Source of the DNA: Octopus sinensis
Taxonomy: Eukaryota
Assembly: GCF_006345805.1 (NCBI RefSeq)
Contig: NC_042999.1
Span: 163,432,001 to 163,496,000, forward strand
Direction of reading: 5' to 3'
Length of the DNA: 64,000 nt
A program made the translations under genes and the position numbers. The notes under the pieces are model-generated. The model searched no databases, was not told where the DNA came from, and saw only the letters and a list, made by a program, of their open reading frames with translations. Each line of letters opens with the position of its first letter. Positions within the stretch are counted from its first letter, which is position 1. Positions 34,101 to 45,454 of the stretch are shown here, piece by piece.

Positions 34101-35419
34101 ACATCTGTAAACAACATTCTTTTGTTACAATAATTTTAAAATAAACATTCACGTCTAACCCTGCAATCACAAAACATATTTTCATTACTACTCATACTAT
34201 TACTCTGTTTCATATCATTACATTCAGTATAATTGCTACTAACCATTTTATCTACATCCAAGAGTTTGTGATGGGTAAAATGTTTAGAGAAAAGTTTGTA
34301 TGGGTTGCCAACCCTTAATTTACTTAGAGAAAGGAACTATAAACCAAACAATGTCGTTTTTACCGGGAGATTCATCATAATTTTCAAATTTTCAAGCATT
34401 ATTGAATATATAAGGGGTTTGTTTTTTATCCCATTATTCGTATTTGTGAGATGAAAATATAATATAATATTTTAATTAAATGGTGTAAATGGATGTTATG
34501 TCTTCTATATGTGGCAATGTATTGGTATTTTACTTTGATTCAATTAAGCACATTACTTCAGTTAAGCACATTATTCACGTGAGATGAAAATGAACAAGTA
34601 AATGACGGTTTATTTATAAAATACAATGATTCCCATACATGAAATAAAATACAATAACATGTTATAACAAAGATGTGTGAAAAACATCATGATTAGGCTG
34701 GATTGCTGATCTTGTAGACAAAGTTGATGTACTGTTTGGTGGTGTGTAGAGGCAGTTGATGGTCTGTTGGTCGTGCGGCGTTCATACAGCAATGATGTAG
34801 GAGGGTGTCTGGTGGAGATGAAAGTGGACGCTGGCTGGCTGGGGTCAGATACATCGTTGTCAGAGACAAGTTGACGTGTGGTCAGTGGCATGTGCCAAAG
34901 ACAAAGTGCAGTCAAGAATTGCCATTCTTATTGAAATCAGTAGGCTCCCAGAGCTGGTGATTAATATCCTACATAAGGAAAAACAAACTGTTGCACCAAC
35001 ACGATTAGACGGCTGGAAACCAACCAATACAAACAAGTTCGGCTAATCACAAGGTCATGTGACCTGCTGGAACAAAAAGGCCTGTGGAGCTAATATCCAG
35101 GTTTTTAAGCCTAAACAACCCATAATGAAAACATCTCACACATAATGACAGTGTAAATCACTTCTGCTACAAACATATTATCTTAATAGTAATTACAACT
35201 TTAGTGTACTTAGTTTTAATAAATAGTATCTGGTAATATCTAGTTTTTGCTATTGTTTACAAAGTTTATATTGACCATAGATTTAGGCACAAATACTGAT
35301 GACACAACACCATTATATGTTAATTAACTAGCAGTGTTGATATGTTATATTTTTTGTTGTTTGCATGCACAACTACTTGATGAATGTTACCTCTCTCTCC
35401 CTCACTCTCTCTCTCTTTC

Positions 35420-36701
35420 AACCCATCTTTCTCACTCACTTTAATCTCTGAGGTTGCAGAGGTGTTTATCACCTCTGTAATCACTTACCGCCTGACCGTT
35501 GTGCCTTGTCCTGATTCGTGGCTGAACAAGCTGGAATGGATGCACTTTCACTTTTTGTGGAGGGGCAGCAGACCTCTTGTAAAGCACCCTATTTGCTGCC
35601 AAAAGCCACCGAAGGGTGGGTTAGGGATGCCATGGCTAAAAATGCTCAGACATGTGCTCAGGCTTAGGCACCTCTGGCTTTACTTGGACAGTGAGCAGGT
35701 GTGGTCTCCATTCGTCAAGCTGTTATTTCCACAGTTCACATCGTTTAACGAACTGAACCCATGGATCAAGTGTAGACCGAGGTTGGATGTGTGGTATGTA
35801 GAGTGCCATCAGGCACTCGTGCTTCTCTCCCAGTTGGGCAACGCCGGTGGTGGGGGTACTACCTCGTTCTTCTATAGAGGGTTAGTAGAGTTTAAGTGTG
35901 ACGACGTCCTGTGAGAAACCCTGGGCTTCAACGAAAATCAACTGGCCAGCCTGTTCCAAAGAACATTCGGTCCGGGGCCTATGGATAATCACCAAAAATC
36001 CCTGGCCTGGCAATGTTACAGAGGAGCTTTACCGGTTCGAGATAAGCTCTTTAGACATGGGTGTGCACCTTCGCCGGTTTGTGCAAGATGCGAGAGGGAC
36101 AGTGAAACTGTCCTGCATGCGATTGTGCAATGCCCCAAGGTGACTGAACTCTGGGCTTATGTCGAACACTTGCAGTCACATTCGAGAAGAGTACAACTGT
36201 CGAGCGAATCTGTAATTAAGATTGTTCTGCCGACCTCCCTGAATAGGGAGGAGCGAGCCTGTTTTCTCTCAATAGTTGCTGTGGTGAAAGAGGTAGTATG
36301 GAAGATGAGAGTAAAAAGAATTGCAACAGGTATGTTTATCTCCAGTCTCGAGCTAATCGACTTTTTCGTTTTCCACATGAAACGGAAAATAAGGCTGGAG
36401 AAGAAATGCCTGTCGCAAAGTGTGTTTCGTAAAAGATGGAAGTCTATAGCAAGTATGTTGCGAGTGAAAGAACCTGTTTAATCAAGAATGTGAAAAAGGA
36501 GAAAGTAAAGTCTTCAGTGTGAGTATGTGGTTTGTGGGGTCAACCGCGTCCTCCGCTTCATTTTTCGTTATTCACTCATTCTCATTTAATTGTATATATT
36601 TTAATTGTTTGTTTATTCATACGTTTCGTCTCATTCGATACCCTGACCCCAACGTTTGTTTGTCTCCTCTTTATCTCAACCTTATGGTGAATAAAGAAAT
36701 A
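35420..36701 (+). mobile_element. 5'-truncated L1/Tx1-clade LINE (post-RT region and zf-RVT) in a (TC)n tract
   Basis: FLWRG...KGGLGMP; CARC-x4-ETVLHAIVQC zinc finger; ends aataaagaaata; (CT)n on both flanks. Confidence 0.88.
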
Positions 36702-36817
36702 CTCTCTCTCTCTCTCTCTCCTATAACATCTTTTTCGCCCTACTTACAACATCACCACCAATAAAAACCCTCATGTATTACAATAGCACGTGCACAAATA
36801 TATCAAATGTATTTGTT

Positions 36818-36853
<36 letters not shown>

Positions 36854-37419
36854 AAAATAACATTTTTTTTAAAACAACACATATTCTAAAACATACACAT
36901 CTGAGTCTGTCGTGGGTCAACCAACATGTTGAAATTTTGGAAAATTCTTTCCTGATGAAATACCTAATTAACCAGTTTCAACATGAAAATTTAAATTAAT
37001 TAAATTTAATTTCTGTAATTGAACTAACTAGATATGGAAACGGTTGTAGGACAGGAATTTCATTATTTGGGTTTGAATAAACTGATGTCTGCAAGTCAAT
37101 TTCTCCATTTTCTTCTTTTTCTCATTCATAAATATTTAAAATACCTATATATATCAATGCAAAACTAATATACCACTGAACACTGGTATAAACTGGAGAA
37201 CTAGGATGCTAGCATCCCTTAAAGGATTATAGGTCCTTAATACAATTGTGTGTGTGTGTGTGTAAACCATAAAAAGTCAGAAAGTATGAGAGGTGAATAT
37301 ATTTATTTAACCCCTTGTCATCCTTAAGATTATGGACTGTTTCGCAACTTTAATCATGTAATAATAAATTCAGGCTGAACTCCCTGTATGTAGAAGCATT
37401 AGAGAGAAATTACCATTAA

Positions 37420-38492
37420 CCCTTTCGTTACTATATTTCTGACCAAAATACACCCCTCATGAGTTTCAATTAAATTCTAAAATAATCATGAATCTAGGCT
37501 TGTTTCATTAAATAACTGTAACTTTTTTACTTATCAACATATTAACGTGATATTTGCAACATAATTAAATAAAGGGTTCTTAATCAATTCTATTGCATAA
37601 CTTTTGTCTCAAAGTGACTTTAATTACAGGTAAATCCAGGTAAATTGAGCAAAAGGTAAAAATATTTAAATTTTAAATTGAGCAAAAGGTACCATAGAAA
37701 ATGAATCATCAGCTAATATTCAAATGGGTATGCAACAAAATTTTGATAAAGAAGAATTGTGCACATCACTATATCATCAGTTGAATTTAATGCACAACAG
37801 GTGTACCATAAAGGTGGAATAAAGTGAAATACTGGAATTCCCCGTAAGTTTGACCGAACTAAAGAAATCGGTAAAAAAATAATATACGGCCCTGGTTATG
37901 GTATGGAAGTGATAAATTCCAGACCACATCGTTCCCTAGGCCATGCTGACTAACATTATTTTCCCTGTATAAAAACTAAATCCACGCAGTACCCAGTATT
38001 TGCTTCACAAATTTTCCGAAATTTGAACCCCCATTTTATGTTTGTTTACATTCTGCATAAGTTTGTTTCCGTATTGATTGCTTCAAACAATAACTTCCAG
38101 ACCACATCATACCCTAAGCCATGCTGACTAACATTAGTTTCCTGTATAAAACTAAATCCACAACAGTACCCAATATTTGTTTCACACATTTTCCAATTCG
38201 GAATCATGCTTGATAACATGAAACTCCTATCCATTTTCAAAGTTGAAGAAAAATCGATGCTGAAAAAAATCTCCCAAAATTCAGGGAATTAAAATTACAC
38301 GTCGATTGTTGTACAAAACTGTAGATTAACTGTTTACGAAGCATAATCACGTGTTTTCACGAATGTACTAAAGAGATTTGCTCTGATATTCTCATTTAAA
38401 TATGAATAGGTAAATTCGGGCGGCTTTGGGCGGTTTGGTCACATTAACCAAAATTTTTTTCGGGCGGCTTTGGCGGTTTGGTAACGAAAGGG
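37420..38492. mobile_element. Non-autonomous piggyBac-type element
   Basis: TTAA|CCCTTTCGTTAC ... GTAACGAAAGGG|TTAA; subterminal cgggcggctttgg repeats; internal about 180-bp tandem duplication; no transposase. Confidence 0.85.
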
Positions 38493-38862
38493 TTAATCAA
38501 TGAGAAGAATGATTAGGATGACAATGACAATGATGACAACAAGTATATTATTTGGTCACTTACCAAAATGGGTTTTTTGTTTAAGTGGTATCTGATGGTG
38601 TAGGCCGAATTAAGCAATTGTTTGCTGCTGGCAGATTTGTTAGGTCTTGAGATCTTTTTGTAAAAGTCTTCTGTGCATCTTTAGTCATAGACCAAGAACA
38701 GTAAAAATGTAATAGTTAATTTCAAGCAGAACACAAAATAATGACAGATAAAATATTCTTTAAAATGCAAGTGTCTTAACTAGTTATGACTATAGAGAGC
38801 AAAAATATCAAATATTTTGCTATATATGTGTGTGCGTGTGTGTGTATATGTATGTATGTAGG

Positions 38863-38922
<60 letters not shown>

Positions 38923-39189
38923 GAAGAGGCAGTCAAACTGTCTTGTAATATTTATTTATGTCCACTTATGTTCTGTTTTCAAATTCTACCAAAACCAATT
39001 TTGCCTTTCATCCTTCTGGGGTTAGTAAATTAAGTGCCGGGGCTGATCTAATTGATTATACCCAGTCCCTAAAATTTGAGGCCTTATATCTATACTAGGT
39101 AATATTATTTTTTCATTTATTCTTTTAGATTCATTTTCGTGCACAAATCTAATAGGATTGTACATAATCCAGCATAGCCATAGCACAAG

Positions 39190-40270
39190 GGCTTAAACAA
39201 GTAAAAGATTAAATGGTTTTACAGCTGGATACTCCTCATACCATTAACCATTCATATCGATGAGGAGGCATGATTTTTGTCTCAAGTTCTTCAATATAAT
39301 GTCTGGCCTATTTGCATCTATCTTTTTGTCAGTTTGAATGGTGAAGTTCCAAGCGAGTGAGATATGGTCATTTTCAAGCACTGGAGGTGGTTTGTGTTCC
39401 CACCAGTTTTTATCATGGGACAGGTCCAAGTATTTGCAAATTAACCAGTGAATATACTGTGCTGCTCTATCATGCCTGTTGAGATACTATTTAGGCATAA
39501 GAAGACTGCACATGGAGACAACATGATCAATTGTTTCATTTTGTTGTTTACATACATGACATGTTGGGCTACTACCATTCTTTAATATGTTGGCCTGGTA
39601 GTTCCCTGGAGGTAGGCATTGATCTTGAGCTGCTATGATAAATCCTTCTGTTTCTGATTTTAGGACAGAAGACACAAACCATTGATGGGTAAGGGCTTTG
39701 TCAACATTGGCACTATTAGCTCTCGTTGGGTATTTGGCTTTGAGAGGTATTTCTTGCCATTTATCACTAAGGATATCTAAGGCAGCAGTTTTAGCATGGG
39801 TTTTCATAAGCTTAGCTTTTTCTGTGCTTGTTTCTAGTACATCTAATTCTGGAATTTGTTGTATCTGGAATTCACTTAAATATTCCTCTACCTGTTTTGT
39901 TAGTGAGTATGATGCTTTCAGACAAGTTTTGACATCCAGTCCTCAGAGCTTTTCAGATAGGTGTCTAGGCCAATTGTGACAATCTCCATTGTTAATTTCA
40001 GTTGAAAAAGTCCATGGCCACCCTCTTTTCTTGGCAGGTAAAGTCGTTCTATATCTGCCTTAAGGTGGTGCATTCTATGCATTGTCAAAAATTTTCTTAT
40101 TTTTCTGTCAAGATTACATATTTCTGTAATTGACCAGTTAATGATATTGAAATTGTAAGCCATGACTTGTATGGCTAAAGAATTGATCTCTTTGATCCTG
40201 TTTCTTGTGTTTAGCTCTGTCTTCAGTATTGCCCTTACCTTGCGATAACATTCTGTTCTGATCTTTCCTT
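39190..40270 (-). mobile_element. Degenerate R4/Dong-like LINE C-terminus (CCHC finger plus restriction-like endonuclease)
   Basis: RLYLPRKEGGHGL, IAAQDQ, CHVC-x4-ETIDHVVSMC, IQTDKKIDANRPDII...LLID. Confidence 0.85.
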
Positions 40271-41754
40271 GATCATTGAATATTTGATTCCACCAACTTT
40301 TTTCCTGTGGTTAAATTTTCCATTTCTTCAATGACTCAGTGAACCTATTACCAAGAACTTCCATTGGGCAGATGGCTCTCCAGTTTTTCACATGGGAAAC
40401 TTAATAGTTATATCATTTTAACAACTTTTTAGCAGCTCGGTCCATTTCTGCGAGATGCCATGTCATTCAAACCCTGCAAGTACATCATCTACTTGCTGGA
40501 AATAGTAGTCATTTGCACATCGATATTTCCAGTGAAGTACTCACTGTTTTTGATGTCTTTTTTGTGACTGACAGTACAGCAATCCTAATCATGATCCTGT
40601 GCATATTTCAGTTTTTTAAAATCTGCTTTTCAATCTTTAATCCTTCATTTGGCTTTATCTTTTGGTAACAACTGCTGTTGTGAAAATTTCTGCCTCTGCA
40701 TGCCAAGACATTTCCTACCTTATTACAGCTGGAGAATGGGAGAACTTCAATTTGTTTCAGTTGTATGGCAGCTGTTATGCCCCAGTTTCTGCTATTCATT
40801 CTTAATGCCAGTGTCAGATTTTTGAGGAGGTTAAATTTCTTGACAGCATCTTGAGGTAATGTCTTTACTGTACCTTAGTTCTGCATTCATGTTCAGTTCG
40901 ACGCCCTGTCATGATCACCACCACCACTTTTGGAATCTTCACACAGTATCGCATCCATCAGCACCAAATCAAAATTGATGAAAACTTGTCTTGTTTCTTT
41001 TTCATCACCATCTTGAATTCCAGCATCTCATCATCATGATGTCAGCAGATCATTTTTTTCTACTTGTCATGATTTTATTCAACATGCTTATCTTAGGAGC
41101 TTCATGTCCCAATTTTGCTGCCATGCAACGTCCTTGGGTAAATTTTGAAAAGTGCGCATGTTTCACCAAGAAAAAATTTTAAAAACATTGGATTTTTCCA
41201 AGCAATCAAGTACCCTGACCTCCTAATGTGCTACAAGCTCCTTATTTTTGTTCAGAAAAAAAGGGGAGGGGGAATCCCCACTCCTCCATCCCAGATTCAT
41301 TGGAATTTTTTTTTTCTATTGAATGAATTACAGTGGCTTCCTAATATGCCACAAAATGCTTCAGAAAAGTACTTATTACATACCTTGCAGTCAAATCATT
41401 GGATTAATCCCAACAAAAAATAAACTTTTTTTTCTAAATTTTATCAAAATAGATATTTGTTTGACTAAACATTTCAGGCTGTGGTGGCAGCATTTTAGAA
41501 AAAAAAAATCACTTTTGCTTTGCATATTTCCCACTGAAACTCAAATTGGGTTTCATTGGGGGTGGGGGAGAATAAAAGTTGCATATTTCCCACTGAATGT
41601 TTTCAAAATTTTAAATTCCCTGCCAAATTTCTAATTTTTAACATTTTGCGAATTTTTTTTTCAATCTACATGGAAAATACAACGATTAAGAATATGGAAA
41701 AAAAATTTTTAATTTCAAATTTTCTTTCACTGTCTGAAGCTGAAAATGTCAATA

Positions 41755-41917
41755 GGCGCAGGAGTGGCTGTGTGGTAAGTAGCTTGCTAACCAACCACAT
41801 GGTTCCGGGTTCAGTCCCACTGCGTGGCATCTTGGACAAGTGTCTTCTGCTATAGCCCCGGGCCGACCAATGCCTTGTGGGTGGATTTGGTAGACGGAAA
41901 CTGAAAGAAGCCTGTCG

Positions 41918-41958
<41 letters not shown>

Positions 41959-42177
41959 TTGTGTGTCTGTGTTTGTCCCCCTAGCATTACTTGACAACCG
42001 ATGCTGGTGTGTATACGTCCCCATCACTTAGCGGTTCAGCAAAAGAGACTGATAGAATAAGTACTGGGCTCACAAAGAATAAGTCCCGGGGTCGATTTGC
42101 TTGACTAAAGGCGGTGCTCCAGCATGGCCGCAGTCAAATGACTGAAACAAGTAAAAGAGTAAAAGAGTAAAAAGAGT
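41755..42177 (+). mobile_element. SINE family B, full length
   Basis: tRNA-like head with A/B boxes, CORE-like ccttgggcaagt-type segment, internal microsatellite, (AAAAGAGT)n tail. Confidence 0.92.
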
Positions 42178-42271
42178 ATACTAAAAATAACAGCTAAATG
42201 TGGAGAATTTTTGTGTTTGTGTGTGTGTGCAACAATTTCTACAGCTTATCCGAATAAACAGACAAAAGTAC

Positions 42272-44830
42272 ACAATTTCATTCATTTCATTTCATTTGGG
42301 TTTGAGTCCATGCTCAGGCCAAGTCGAAGACTCCACCCTCAGAGTCTGGTGTGGTTGCCAGGTTGTATTCTCTGCTTAATTTTGACATGTGTAGGAGCGA
42401 GTTTGAGTCAGTTTGTGCTCATTGTGTATATCCTGGGAGATGGGGTTCATCTCTAATGGTGCTTAAGTATCTATCCAGTTGCAATTTGAATGATTCCACA
42501 CTGCATCCTGATAGATTTCTGACATGTACCGGAATGGAGTTGAACAGTTGTGCTCCTCGAACCAACAGACTTGATTCTCGCAGTGTTTTTGCTGCCTGGC
42601 CAGCCTTTTTGTTGATTGGTGGCAGCTGGCAGCGTCTTCCGTGGCGCAGTGAGTGGTAGGTTTTGATACCAAAGTTTGGCACCTTCTGCTTTATCATTTT
42701 CCAAATGTATATAATTCGGTATCGCTCAAATCTTCTTTCTATTGAGTACATCCTCAAGGTTTTGAGTCTTTGCCAATAGTCCAGGTCCCTCATTTCTGAG
42801 AAGTATGAGGTAAAATTTCTTTGGAGCGATTCTATCTTAGATAGTTGGCCCTTTGTTGTTGGTGACCACAACTGAGAACAGTAGTCAATCCTCGGAAGTA
42901 TCATACTGTTCCAGAGGGTTTTCATTGTTGAGGTATCTCTTGATTTGAAGGTGCGCAAGATCCACCCGCTGTACTTTCTTGCAGTAAGACAGACTGAGTC
43001 AAGGTGTTCTCTGAATTTTAGGTTGGTTCCCATGTGGATGCCTAAATCTTTCACATACTGTTTTTCCATTATTTGTTGTCCTGATGGGTTTCTGTAGTTT
43101 GTTGTATTTTTCAGATCTTGATCTGTTCCGTAGCGAATTAGTTCAAACTTCTTATCATTGAACAACATGTTGTTTGTTTCCTGCCATTTATATATGGTGG
43201 TCAGGTCCTTTTGTAAGGCCTCTGTATCCACCTCGTCTTTGATTTGTCTCATGACCCTGGTGTCATCAGCAAAGGATGAGACGTTGCTGGTTGTATCTTC
43301 ATCTATGTCAGAGATGAGGATGAGAAACAGGATTGGGCCGAGTACTGTACCCTGAGGAACACTGCTGGTCACAGGTGATGGTGTTGAATGGGTTCCATTC
43401 ACAGTGACTGTTTGAGTTCTATTTGTAAGGAACTCATGTATCCATGTACCAACTTTTCCTCCTACTCCTAGCTTTCGAAGTTTGTGACCCAGGATGCCAT
43501 GATCTACCTTGTCAAATGCCTTGGCAAAGTCGAGGTAGATGACATCTGTGTTGTATCCATTCTCTAGATTTTCTAGGATTTGGTCATGGTGTGCCAGTAG
43601 TTGGGAAAGGCATGATCTACCTAACCTGAATCCATGCTGGTTGCAATTCATCAGATTGTTGGATTCCAGTAACTCAACCAGTTTTCCACGAACTATTCTT
43701 TCGAAGACCTTGATAATGTGTGATGTCAGTGAGATTGGTCGGTAGTTCTTTGGTTTTGATTTGCTGTCCCCTTTATGTATTGGAGTTATGTGTGCTTCTT
43801 TATATGTATTTGGTATTTTGCCATTCTCCATAGATTCCCTACATATCATGTAAAGGGGTTTCGACAATTGTACCTTGCAGTTTTTAAGTATCATGGCATT
43901 GAAACCGTCAGGCCCCGCAGCCGAGTGCATGGAGAGCTTGTCTATGGCTCTTGCTATGTCTTCTGGGTTGAAATCAATGTCGGATAGGGTAGGTTTAGTA
44001 TGGTCGATATCCTTGAAGGATTTTCCTGGGTCATGGATCTTCGTGGTTTTAGATGGCTCACTGAAGACACTTTCATACTGTTGACCCAACATTTCTGCCA
44101 TTTCAATAGGGTTATTCACTACATCCCCATTTTGTCTCTGGAGAGGTCCTATTGTTGACTTGGTGTTCGAGTATTTCTTTGCAAAACTGTAGAAACATTT
44201 TGGATTTTTCTTGATGTTTTCTATGGCTCTCTTTTCTGCATTGTTACATTCTTCATCATAGTGTTGTTTTAGATTGTCTTCTAATCTGTATATTTGGTCA
44301 AGGACTTTCTGTAATTCATGTTTTGATGTCAGCTTAGATGTTTTGTTTCTTAGTCTTGACCTTTTGCGCATCAGGATCTTTCGCTCCCGTGGTACAGGTT
44401 TTTTTGTGGACTTGGTTTTCTTTATAGGAACATTTTTTTCACATATTTCTTCAATCTTGCTTAAGAATTTCTTGTGTTTATCTGGCCCAGTAAGGTAGAG
44501 ATCCCAGTCAATGATTTGTAACTGGTTGTTAATAGTTTCCCAATTTGCCTGGTGATAATCATACCTGCATAGCTTTGGCATGTCCTTTTGTTTAAGAGTT
44601 GTGGCATTGGGCTCATTACCAATGTGTAAATGCATTTCAATAATATTGTGGTCTGAAAGGATTGTTGGGGTTGAGTGAAGGTCAAATAGCGTGTCCTCGT
44701 TGTTGGTGAAAACCAAGTCGATCGTATTATTATTTCTTGTTGCTTCTGTCATCATTTGTTTGAGGTATAATTTCTCTGTGACTTCCAACAGTTTGGCTGC
44801 CTGTATTTGTTCAGCTTTTGTCCCCAGTTT
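42272..44830 (-). mobile_element. 5'-truncated CR1-group LINE with an uninterrupted 789-aa ORF2
   Basis: IDLVFTN...SDH (endonuclease end), YLDFAKAFD, VPQGTVLGPILF, FADD; (GAAAT)n tail at about 42275-42297. Confidence 0.93.
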
Positions 44831-45184
44831 TAGTATGTTTTACATACCTGTCATATATGTTAGTTTTTGTTTTTTTGCATCCATGAAGTTTTTGAGGATG
44901 ACAATTTGGTACTAATTGTGTGTGAGTCTACATGTACATATACACTCTTTTATATATATATATAATCTCTTGCTCTTTCCTCAGGCTGGGTAACCATGTA
45001 TTTCCTTTGCAGCAGCATACCTGTTGCTGTCTTCATTCCTGATCTCTCTCTCTGGCTGGGTAACCTTTTACTTCCTCTACAGCAAGAGGCTTGTTTCTGT
45101 TTCTCTGTCTCACTATAACCTTTCATCCTCTGACACAAGATCACCTTCTCCAATGCCCCCTCCCCTCTCAAAAGAGTTTATTCT

Positions 45185-45450
45185 TTGTCAGTGCAGGTGC
45201 CACATAAAGTACCCAGTCTACACTGTAAAGCAGTTGGCATTTGGATGGGCATCTAGCTGTAAAAACCTTGCCAAAACTGACCATGCCTCTGCTTGAGCCA
45301 CGTAAAAAGCACTAAGACCACTCTGCTGTAAAAATCTTGCCAAAACAGTTACAGAAGTCTAGTGCAGGCTTCTGCCTGGTCGGCTCTTGTGAAACTATCC
45401 TACCCATGCCAGCATGGAAGGTGGATGTTAAATGATGATGATGATGATGA
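45185..45450 (+). mobile_element. Diverged RTE 3' UTR fragment with (GAT)n tail
   Basis: cccatgccagcatggaaggtggatgttaaatgatgatg matches the family terminus. Confidence 0.75.
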
Positions 45451-45454
45451 CGAT

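Noticed and set aside
34610-34915. GC-richer minus-strand ORF as possible FBXO16 exon
   Set aside because: No clear acceptor/donor pair and no recognisable motif.
41760-41830. tRNA genes at SINE heads
   Set aside because: A and B boxes are present, but there is no full cloverleaf and each continues into a SINE body.
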